From a virus: a DNA stretch of 64,000 nt. Both the position numbers and the translations under genes were made by a program. The stretch is taken from positions 18,802-82,801 of the IMG/VR virus record IMGVR_UViG_3300046458_000091. One strand, given 5' to 3'. This document shows positions 19,801 through 26,753 of the stretch, one piece after another; the first letter of the stretch is position 1; the number at the start of each line of letters is the position of its first letter. The notes under the pieces are model-generated. The model worked only from the letters and a program-made list of their open reading frames with translations, did not search any database and was not told where the DNA came from.

Positions 19801-20456
19801 TCCAGCACCCATACGGTGCCCAGCTTGCCCGCCCGGTAGTTGCGCAGGACGTAGCCGTTGGCCTTGGCCGCCTTGATGCCCTCCAGCGTGGCCCTGGCCG
19901 CTTCTGCGCCTCGATCTGCCTCACCATTGATGGTGACTGTCGCCGTGAACGAAAGGTGCTGTACGTTGCCCTGGTAGAACCAGACAGACGTATCTGCCCG
20001 GCTGTTGATGGCGTCGGCCTTCAGAGAGCCCGCAGGCGTGAGCACGTCGGCGGCCTTGACCATGTGCGGCTTGTTGTTAGCCGTAGCGATGTCGCGGGCT
20101 TTCCCGGCCTCCCAGGCGGCGGCCTCATCCCGGTCAGAGATGGCCTTTATGGCAGCGCTAAGGCGGTCAATTGCCGCGCCAGCGGCCGGGCTGACGTGCC
20201 CTGTGTTCAGCAGCTTTTCGTACTGGTCCAGGTCAGCCCGGGCCGCTTCACGTTCCGCAATGAGCGGGTCAGTCTCCGGCGCTGGCCGGGCGGCGCCCAG
20301 GATGGCGCGCAGCTCCAGGCCCCGGGCACTGGCCCGCACCTTCTCGATGGCGCTCAGCGTCCCGGCCTCCAGGCTGTCGCGGATCTGCAACAACTCAGCG
20401 CTGAAACGCATTAACTCTAAAGAGTTATAACTCTTTAACTCTATTGTCTCAGTCAT
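16848..20456 (-). CDS. Polyvalent virion cargo protein: LPD3-like domain plus C-terminal adenine DNA methyltransferase (Dar-type)
   Basis: FFPTP, VLEPSAGNG and IIMNPPF methyltransferase motifs; N-terminal helical targeting repeat. Confidence 0.8.
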   Translation of the reverse strand: MTETIELKSYNSLELMRFSAELLQIRDSLEAGTLSAIEKVRASARGLELRAILGAARPAPETDPLIAEREAARADLDQYEKLLNTGHVSPAAGAAIDRLSAAIKAISDRDEAAAWEAGKARDIATANNKPHMVKAADVLTPAGSLKADAINSRADTSVWFYQGNVQHLSFTATVTINGEADRGAEAARATLEGIKAAKANGYVLRNYRAGKLGTVWVLENANNMFLTRAGFEGGANPVFARPDMPPAEAGYDSMIAQQKVLATAFVSWLDTLPYDQRHNQGVVSRKISSTPVGSWARVEKQELGLTLSYRLPGGGNGIRIVGKDFDALVEAARKLAVMPEIEQPAAPSEQEAKGDDSDAADQYAAKAVGFDTFSLYAASRIDKLPLREFQVARAKYKIVECLEKTGRSDRNTLGSLQLQGANAEGPSALAQLRQDGVVLNNLRAQSKPFSLAPGVTLASFVEKGGIVIPLEQAAQQDQTAEEPDVPKPPIELTGTEFGEFPDTPEGKKALRGAAEAYLKAMRGQMVNCPVLGAQVEIRQRGIKETLAFSGNPKKIKLLHAVPQILASATAAEFVQNFKLDKKPQVVGYYNLSSVVALAGESIAVRVVVEKDNMGHLYYDLMIDPPKEKAMLDSTSTALGGRCSPDNYSGHPSGASVEHENADVMLDDMGGLVLNMFIEGELSEPEPAEAPEPPPASDVAHQIIEYTTKRDKVLRGIIRTDLTQAQAKEIDPYTWRMNGGYFIREKYLSGETAHIPAAQAPVVLSPEQQAEQLATAERQAAERAQKALSNQVEKLRAVANKAVETGHAGMNQERNTNTARRAGMAASSVARASYDKAAGQTLNNIADAIENGTAGLLAKLSSRAQLEELQKALHLAQYEADKHLSYSEQLSRKGRPVDDNDLKHVTMPSLITWSERFRKASEAIAKQNPKGNSRLIAALAKMGQRSERFTMNSEDMAITRKANDALKGTGTGSWILEAPMEAIAKTDRLARMGITDVATMQAAVRELIPMMVAKVEEDPIKKAERAIIGQKVGLDFFPTPAHLAQRMATLAGIKKGMRVLEPSAGNGNLADAAKAAGGEVDVIELSDQLREILTAKGYNVVGNDFDTFTPEQPYPAIIMNPPFSNRRDAAHIMRAFGMLAPGGTLVAIAGEGVFFGRDAAATSFRAWLESHDATVEPLEGGTFKDKNLLAQTDAGGRLIVLEK

Positions 20457-22764
20457 GCATTACCCCAAAAATCGAATCCAGCAGCGCTGTCTGTGTCATT
20501 GCTTTTTCAAAGGCCTTTTCATCGCGCAGGGCGGCGAACACCTGGTCAAACGCGGCATTGATGCGCGCGCGCTCTTCCCCTTCCGGGTATGGCTTGAAGG
20601 GCATCCCCAGGGCGGGCAGGTAGTGGTACTTGTTGTCAGCCAGGCAGCTGAGGTAATCGTTTTTGCGGTCCATGGCGGTCAACTTGTCTTCCAGGTAGGC
20701 CTGGAACGCGCGGGCGGCCATTTCGTGGGTCTCAGACCACTTACGTCCGGCTACACCGTCGTCGAGCGCTTGAGCCTCGACGTAGAAGCGCGACACGCTG
20801 GCGCCGGTCTTGGCGGTTGCCTCGGTGGCACCGACCGGCGAGTAGTACGCGGCGGCCAGCTGGCGCCACAGCTTTTTCTGCTTGAGCATGCCCGGGCTGG
20901 TTTCGCCCTCATATCGCTTATCTACCGCCAGCACCGCAGGCTCCAGGGCGCCCGCCTGCTTGATGGCCAGCGCCACATAGCCTGAACTGTTCTCGATATT
21001 GACGATGGCTGTGGCCCGGCTCTTGGGCGTCAGCTTGATGGTCTCCACCAGTCGCTCAGAGCCGCTGGTTAGGGCGGCCTTGAGCTGGACGAAGGCGGCG
21101 CGGATCGGCCCGGCAGGCATCAGCTCAGGGCGTTCCGTCGCAAACTCTTCCTTGGCGCCCTCTTCTCCGCGCAGCAGGGACGGCATGATGTTGTCCAGGG
21201 CCTTGAACGCTTCGTGTCCCTGGCTACCGGCGCCGTTGAGCTTGGTAATGTTGATGACGCGCTCTACCGGTTCGTAGTGGGCCTTCGCCGCGCCCTTCCC
21301 GCCCGCACCACGCGCCCCGAACGCCATGCCCAGGCGCCCGCCGAACCCAAGCTTGTCCTCTTCGATCTGGAGGACGTCGCTCATGTCCATCCAGGCCCCG
21401 GCGCTCTGCTCTACGTGCCACTTGGCGGCGGCGAAGTCCTCTTGTACCCAGGTGCCGGACTGCACCGCCCGAAAGCCGCACAGCTTTTCAAGGTCGGCCG
21501 TGGACGTCACTGTCACCGGCCGCCCGCCGCTGCGTTCGAACTTCTCGACCACCTTCAGGGTGAAGGTGATGCGCTTTTTAGGCGCCTGGCGCTCTGGATC
21601 TGGCTTTTCCTTTTCGGCCCAGTCCCAGTTATCGGGCTCCCCTTCCTCAGCCTTGGCCACCTGCCCGGCAAAGGTGCCGGTGCGCAGGCGCTGGAACATG
21701 ACCGCGTTGATAAAGCGGCTGCCCATGGACGTCCAGGCCTGGGCCTCTGGTGTGCGCAGGTGGCGGGCCTTGGCGGCGTCCTCCAGGGCGGTTTTCTGCG
21801 CCTCGACATCGGCAATCTGTGCCCGCAGCGCTGCAAACTCTTCCTTAGTGGCCGCCACCTCGCTGCCGTACGCGGCGATATCGGCAGCAGCTGCGGCCGT
21901 GGTCGTTTCTACCGCCTCTTCGTGCATGGGCGCGACCTTCCAGCCGCGTTTGACTCGGTTTTCAAGCTCGGCCTTGGCCTGGTCCCGCGCCGCCGTGGTC
22001 CGGCTCATCGCGTTGTACAGGGTGTTACGGCCGACCATGATTGCTTTCTGCCGGTCGCCCAGTTCTGCCCGCTGCTGAGTCAGCGCGTTGAACTGCTCCA
22101 CCTCATCACTGTTGAGGCTCGCGCCGGTCAGCTCTTCCCCGATCTCAGCCGCAGCCGCCACCACTTCCTCAGTGGTCGTGAGCCGCTCCATCCGCGTGCG
22201 CAGCGTCTCAATGCCGATGGCATAGGATCTGCGCGACTTGGGGCTGTCCTCGGCTGGCATGGGGGCAATGGCGGCGTACAGGCGATTGACCAGATAGCCC
22301 GCCTGGGGCGTCATGCCGCTTTCACGCTGGGCCGCCCAGTCAACACTACCGAACAGGTTGGCCTTTTTGATCAGTTCGCGCGCCTGGCGCGGATTCTCTT
22401 CAATGGCCTTGAAGTCGATGTCAGAGACCCGGAGCATCTGCCCGGCTTCACGCGCCAGCTTGATCGACTGGGCGGCCAGCTCTTTACGGCTGCCGGAGAT
22501 GTACCCGGTGTCCTTGTAGCGGTAGTTTTCGGCGTTCGGGTCATCGCTCAAGCCGTCGTCGGCGGCGAACTCTGCGGCCTGCTCAGCATCGACCGGCACG
22601 GGACCGGTGGCAGTCTCGCCGCCCAGGGCGGCATAGAGCGCCAGCGCCTCGGTGGTGGCGCGGATCTGCTCCATGGCGTTCAAGCTGCCGGACTGAAGTT
22701 GCTCACGCAGTTGCAGCAGCCTGGCGGCGCTGCGGGCCTGCTCGATGGAAGAAAGGGAATTCAT
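20449..22764 (-). CDS. DdrB-like protein with LPD1-type domain
   Basis: GRLGMAFGARG.G...AHYEP...INITK..GAGS, EMAARAFQAY, NDYL, YPEGEERARINAAFD. Confidence 0.75.
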   Translation of the reverse strand: MNSLSSIEQARSAARLLQLREQLQSGSLNAMEQIRATTEALALYAALGGETATGPVPVDAEQAAEFAADDGLSDDPNAENYRYKDTGYISGSRKELAAQSIKLAREAGQMLRVSDIDFKAIEENPRQARELIKKANLFGSVDWAAQRESGMTPQAGYLVNRLYAAIAPMPAEDSPKSRRSYAIGIETLRTRMERLTTTEEVVAAAAEIGEELTGASLNSDEVEQFNALTQQRAELGDRQKAIMVGRNTLYNAMSRTTAARDQAKAELENRVKRGWKVAPMHEEAVETTTAAAAADIAAYGSEVAATKEEFAALRAQIADVEAQKTALEDAAKARHLRTPEAQAWTSMGSRFINAVMFQRLRTGTFAGQVAKAEEGEPDNWDWAEKEKPDPERQAPKKRITFTLKVVEKFERSGGRPVTVTSTADLEKLCGFRAVQSGTWVQEDFAAAKWHVEQSAGAWMDMSDVLQIEEDKLGFGGRLGMAFGARGAGGKGAAKAHYEPVERVINITKLNGAGSQGHEAFKALDNIMPSLLRGEEGAKEEFATERPELMPAGPIRAAFVQLKAALTSGSERLVETIKLTPKSRATAIVNIENSSGYVALAIKQAGALEPAVLAVDKRYEGETSPGMLKQKKLWRQLAAAYYSPVGATEATAKTGASVSRFYVEAQALDDGVAGRKWSETHEMAARAFQAYLEDKLTAMDRKNDYLSCLADNKYHYLPALGMPFKPYPEGEERARINAAFDQVFAALRDEKAFEKAMTQTALLDSIFGVMHD

Positions 22765-22810
22765 GAAACGGGCTCACATGATATGCAAGCCCGTATTTTG
22801 AAGCCTTGAA

Positions 22811-23524
22811 TCAGGCCGCTACGGCGGGGGTTTGCTCGACAACTGGGCGTTCCACGAACACGAAACGCTCCATGAAATGCTCAAGCGTGTGCAGCTCGGT
22901 GGCCGTCGTGTTGGGGCTGCGGATTTCCACGTCCATACCTTTCAGATTCGCCAGGTCGGAGATGTCCAGGGAATCCAATATCCAGCGGCGCTGCTTATGC
23001 GGCAAGGTGAAGCGCGGGTGCTCGGTGAAGATGTCGCCGATCTTCCAGTTAACCGGCTTGCGCATGTCCGGCTGACGCGGCTTTTCGGCCTGCTCCTGGA
23101 CTGGCACAGGCTCGGCCGCAGCTGCTGGACCCGGGGGCGGTGGAGGCGGCAACAGTTCCGGCTCCACGTCGCACGGCAGATAGACGCCGAACGGAATCGC
23201 CAGGCTCTGCCCACCTGGTGGCGCATGCACCTTCAGCGTGGGCGTCACGTCCGGCACCAGTTCCGGCAGCGCGGGCGGCTCTTCCAACGCCAGCACAGGG
23301 CACGCCAGCAGATCAGCGAACGTCTTGTACAGGCCCGTTGCGGGCTCGATGGGCACGCATACATGGCCTAGGCCTGCGAGGGTCACATTCAGTTCCGCCA
23401 GCAGCCTGGGAAACGATCCAGCGCCGACAATCAGGACCTGCCGGGCCTTCTCTACGTCCTCCTTGGTCTGCACCAGCTCGCGCAACACCTGGTCACAGCC
23501 CCGCGATACCTTCTCTTCGCTCAT
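22811..23524 (-). CDS. Hypothetical protein
   Basis: Start at MSEEK; Pro-rich linker; octamer array upstream. Confidence 0.6.
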   Translation of the reverse strand: MSEEKVSRGCDQVLRELVQTKEDVEKARQVLIVGAGSFPRLLAELNVTLAGLGHVCVPIEPATGLYKTFADLLACPVLALEEPPALPELVPDVTPTLKVHAPPGGQSLAIPFGVYLPCDVEPELLPPPPPPGPAAAAEPVPVQEQAEKPRQPDMRKPVNWKIGDIFTEHPRFTLPHKQRRWILDSLDISDLANLKGMDVEIRSPNTTATELHTLEHFMERFVFVERPVVEQTPAVAA

Positions 23525-23568
23525 ACCCTTCACCTTATGTCTGCATTGGCCACCGTGGCCGGTGTGCA

Positions 23569-23632
23569 AACTCTAAACCTCTAAAACTCTTTAACTCTTT
23601 GGCATGTTTGCAGCCAAAAACTCTAAAACTCC
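23569..23632. repeat. AACTC octamer array
   Basis: aaactctaaacctctaaaactctttaactcttt...aaaactctaaaactcc. Confidence 0.75.
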
Positions 23633-23640
23633 GGGCAATA

Positions 23641-23664
23641 AAAAGCCCGCACGCGGCGGGCTTG
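23641..23664 (-). terminator. Intrinsic terminator
   Basis: AAGCCCGC-acgcg-GCGGGCTT with T-run on the minus strand; same hairpin at about 29932-29957. Confidence 0.75.
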
Positions 23665-23681
23665 GGGGTCTGCTGGTCAAA

Positions 23682-24128
23682 TCACTTACCGGCCGCCTCG
23701 ACGGCAGCGGCTCTGAATTCTCTTTGAGTCTCGACAGTGCGCCGCAACGCCTCAAGCATCAGCAGGCATTCATAGGCTGGCCGATTGGTTTCAGGGTTAC
23801 TGTAGGCATCCATGAAGCTATTGATCAGGCTGCGCAGCAACCCGCCTGTGTCGTCGTTCTGCGTGATCGACATCACCACGAATTGTTCCAGACGGATAGG
23901 CTCCGACTTCTTGAAGAAATCAAGGCCGACGCGGGTGGCCACCTCAGTCAGGCACCGGCCCACCATCTCGCGCGATTCAGCGGGCGTTAGCCGCGTCCGT
24001 GTCCCGGCTTTTATCATGCCGCCCATTTCAAGGCGGCGGCCAGTGGTAGGGCCGTACGGGACCTTTTCAATCTCGCGCAGCTTGGCCTCCACGGCCTCAG
24101 CAACCTCTACAGTCTTATCCATGCTCAT
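23682..24128 (-). CDS. Hypothetical protein
   Basis: 148 aa, ATGA-coupled to the upstream ORF. Confidence 0.65.
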   Translation of the reverse strand: MSMDKTVEVAEAVEAKLREIEKVPYGPTTGRRLEMGGMIKAGTRTRLTPAESREMVGRCLTEVATRVGLDFFKKSEPIRLEQFVVMSITQNDDTGGLLRSLINSFMDAYSNPETNRPAYECLLMLEALRRTVETQREFRAAAVEAAGK

Positions 24129-24595
24129 GCCGCCTTTGTCGTTGGTTTGAGGCGCTTGGCAGCCACTACGCCGGTTTTGGTCAGTCCGGCCTGGTAGGCC
24201 TCGACGTCGGCGCGGATCACTTCCAGCTCTTGTACGGTGTACACCATCTGGATCGGCTTACCGACCGCATGATAGACGGCGATATCGTCACCGGTTTTCT
24301 TGCGCACGCCGTGAACACGCACGCGGGAGCCGCTGAGCAGCTCGACGCGATTAACGGCGCTGGTGATCTTCAGGTTGCCAATGATGAATTCGATCACGTC
24401 GCCCACCTGGACGTCTTGAATCGGCTTTACCAGCAGCCTGCGCATGTACTCACGCGCCGCACGGCCGCGCCTGGTCAACACGGCGCCGCTGCCCTCACAG
24501 GGAACGCAGGCAAAGCCTTTTCGTTGCCCTGCGCCATTACAGCGCGTGCACGGGTTACTTTCAAACTTGGGTCCTGCAAGTGTTTGGGTCTTCAT
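24125..24595 (-). CDS. Zinc-ribbon hypothetical protein
   Basis: CTRCNGAG...CVPCEGSG. Confidence 0.7.
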   Translation of the reverse strand: MKTQTLAGPKFESNPCTRCNGAGQRKGFACVPCEGSGAVLTRRGRAAREYMRRLLVKPIQDVQVGDVIEFIIGNLKITSAVNRVELLSGSRVRVHGVRKKTGDDIAVYHAVGKPIQMVYTVQELEVIRADVEAYQAGLTKTGVVAAKRLKPTTKAA

Positions 24596-24625
24596 AACGT
24601 TTATCTCTGGCGGTTTTTTAAAACG

Positions 24626-24856
24626 TTACCGGTCGGCCAGCCTTTCCAGGGCGTACTGAACCGGGTATGGGGCTGTTGAGGTTTTCGGGTCACTACTGAG
24701 GTACAAACGCAATACACGCGGGTCAATGCCGATAGTCTGCGCCGCAGCGACTTGGGTAAGGCCGCTGGCGGCGATCAGCTCGCGCAGGTACAACGGGTCA
24801 GGATTATGCAGCCTGGCGTCGGGCTTGACTGTGGCGCCTGCTTTTTTAACCGGCAC
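24626..24856 (-). CDS. aca1: Anti-CRISPR-associated Aca1-family HTH repressor
   Basis: KPDARLHNPDPLYLRELIAASGLTQVAAAQTIGIDPRVLRLYLS...APYPVQYALERLA closely parallels Aca1 as I recall it (PDASNHDPDPRYLRGLL...APYTVQFALECLA); GTG start with GGAG RBS. Confidence 0.85.
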   Translation of the reverse strand: MPVKKAGATVKPDARLHNPDPLYLRELIAASGLTQVAAAQTIGIDPRVLRLYLSSDPKTSTAPYPVQYALERLADR

Positions 24857-25346
24857 TGCTGGGCTCCAGATCGGCTGTAGGCTGGATGATGGTATTGAAG
24901 AGGTCCGCGATTGCTTCAGCACGGACCACCGCCAGCGTTTCAGAACATTCGTCGCAGCCCAGCACGAAAAGACAAGTAACTTCGTTGGTGCGCAAGCGCC
25001 CCTCAGGAACGCCGGAGCCATTCTTGTAATGCGTATCCCAGGTCAAGGCCGTGCTGTGGCATTCGCGGCATTCGCGGATTTTGCCGGTGATTGCATCCAG
25101 CAAACCGCCCCGCGCCTTGAGCACGTCACGTTCTTTGCCAAGTTCAGCATTCTCATGACGCTGCGCGGACATTTGAAGGCGGTGATCAGCAAGCAAAATC
25201 AGTGGATCTGCCACGGCATAGTGTTCTGGCTTGCTGGTTAGGAGTACTTCAATATCTGGCGCCATCTCACCGGTCACGCGATAACCGATTATCTCTGGCT
25301 CTTCCTCGGCGCCCGACTGCTTAAACTTCTGCTCTGGCGTGTTCAT
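24846..25346 (-). CDS. Hypothetical phage protein with CxxC...CxxC zinc ribbon
   Basis: CRECHS...GCDECSETL; immediately upstream of aca1. Confidence 0.7.
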   Translation of the reverse strand: MNTPEQKFKQSGAEEEPEIIGYRVTGEMAPDIEVLLTSKPEHYAVADPLILLADHRLQMSAQRHENAELGKERDVLKARGGLLDAITGKIRECRECHSTALTWDTHYKNGSGVPEGRLRTNEVTCLFVLGCDECSETLAVVRAEAIADLFNTIIQPTADLEPSSAG

Positions 25347-25417
25347 GGTTCCCTCTCTTGGCGCATGTCTAGTACTGACAAACCCCCAATAAAGGGGGTT
25401 TAGGGCGGCAGGCCTGC

Positions 25418-25606
25418 TTAGGCGTAGATTTCGCAGCAGTCGCTGTCATAGCCGTGAGTCATGCGCTCCATCTTGACCTCTTCACACTTGCCGCCTGCCG
25501 CAATGTACTTCTCAGTGGCGCTGGCTTCGCTCTGTGCGGTGATGAACGCTACTACAGCGTTGTCTGCGTTGCGGGCTTTGTACAGGTTGCGGAATGCGTT
25601 CATCAT
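25418..25606 (-). CDS. Small protein, candidate anti-CRISPR/anti-defence
   Basis: 62 aa, AGGAG RBS, first gene behind the operator-containing promoter. Confidence 0.65.
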   Translation of the reverse strand: MMNAFRNLYKARNADNAVVAFITAQSEASATEKYIAAGGKCEEVKMERMTHGYDSDCCEIYA

Positions 25607-25638
25607 TTTTGCTGCTCCTGGGTGCGTTTCGGTGAAGC

Positions 25639-25681
25639 CAATATAGGTAATATTTACCTAATGTACAAGCTTTTATTCAGG
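25639..25681 (-). promoter_or_regulatory. Sigma70 promoter with palindromic operator (copy 1)
   Basis: Minus strand TTGTAC-N17-TATATT with TAGGTAA-N3-TTACCTA in the spacer. Confidence 0.85.
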
Positions 25682-25741
25682 ATAAAGAAAAGCCCGGAAT
25701 AACCGGGCTCCTGGTGCAACACTTTCGCGAGCTGGCAGCGC

Positions 25742-26014
25742 CTACTCTTCCCCGCCCTGTGGCCGACTGGCCGCTCTCGCCTCCCACTCAGCTTTCACAG
25801 CGTCCAGGGGTTTAACCCGGCCCGCTTCGACATCGGCGAGACCTTCTTGCACGGCCTGTACGTGCCACAGGTTGGCTTTAACGTATTCATTGATGGCGCG
25901 CTCAACGTGATAACTGCGTTCACGCTCTGTTGCCTTGCACAGCGCGTCAAGCTGACCGGCCAGTTCTGCCGATATACGTGCAGAGACAACCGCCGTCTGT
26001 TTCTTGGTGGACAT
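25742..26014 (-). CDS. CopG/RHH antitoxin-like protein (orphan)
   Basis: SARIS.EL..QLD.L..ATER.RSY.V..AI..Y...W...V.EGLAD.EAGR; followed by a terminator and no toxin gene. Confidence 0.8.
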   Translation of the reverse strand: MSTKKQTAVVSARISAELAGQLDALCKATERERSYHVERAINEYVKANLWHVQAVQEGLADVEAGRVKPLDAVKAEWEARAASRPQGGEE

Positions 26015-26098
26015 CGAAAAGCCTCATCGTTTCACGAACTTGAAAATAGCACTCTTGCAGCGGCTTGCCCGCCCAGGTACTGCCGGGCGGGCAAGTGC

Positions 26099-26488
26099 TT
26101 AGTTTCTCTGTTCCTCGGTACTGGTCGCCCGCAGCTTCGCTATGACTTCCTGGAAGCTTGAGTGCAGCACCGGCCACCCCTTCCCCGGCGCCAGGGCCGA
26201 CGCATCCAGGCGGCGTATAGAGACGGCAAGGCGTACCCGAGGGTGCACATGTCCGACCGTCGCCAGCCAGCCCGCGCAAGCGACCTCGCCGCCTTCTTTG
26301 GACTGGTGACAGGCGAACAGGCTGTCAGTGTAGGACGGCCCGAACCCTTCGGCGCAGGGGCTGGTTTTAGCCAGGCCCTCAGCCTTGGCCAGGGAGAACG
26401 CCGGGATATCGGTGGCGTCCTTGTCTGTCCGCCACGGGCAGCCTAGGCACGGTTTGGCGATCCTAGGAAACTCGGCTTGATCAAACAT
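26099..26488 (-). CDS. DUF6283-like Cys-rich protein
   Basis: PCLGCPWR...FACH...CAGWL. Confidence 0.7.
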   Translation of the reverse strand: MFDQAEFPRIAKPCLGCPWRTDKDATDIPAFSLAKAEGLAKTSPCAEGFGPSYTDSLFACHQSKEGGEVACAGWLATVGHVHPRVRLAVSIRRLDASALAPGKGWPVLHSSFQEVIAKLRATSTEEQRN

Positions 26489-26741
26489 ACGCTTCAACTA
26501 GGCATTCGCCGCGATGCTTGTATTCCGCGATCCCAGAGCCTACGCGCACGCCGACAGCGGGCTGCATGTACCCATTCGACTGGTCCCAGTCCTCAATGGC
26601 CTGATCAATCTGGGCATTGGTGACGTTGAACCGCTTTGCCGCCTCGCGAAACGTCGGGTAGCTCGCCCCCTTGCCGTCCGCCTCAGCTTTGGCGGCGTAC
26701 TCGCAGGCGTAGTCAAAAAGGGCTTTCGGTGTGATGGCCAT
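26481..26741 (-). CDS. Hypothetical small protein, possible HTH
   Basis: YPTFREAAKRFNVTNAQI. Confidence 0.6.
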   Translation of the reverse strand: MAITPKALFDYACEYAAKAEADGKGASYPTFREAAKRFNVTNAQIDQAIEDWDQSNGYMQPAVGVRVGSGIAEYKHRGECLVEAYV

Positions 26742-26753
26742 GATCTTCCCCTA

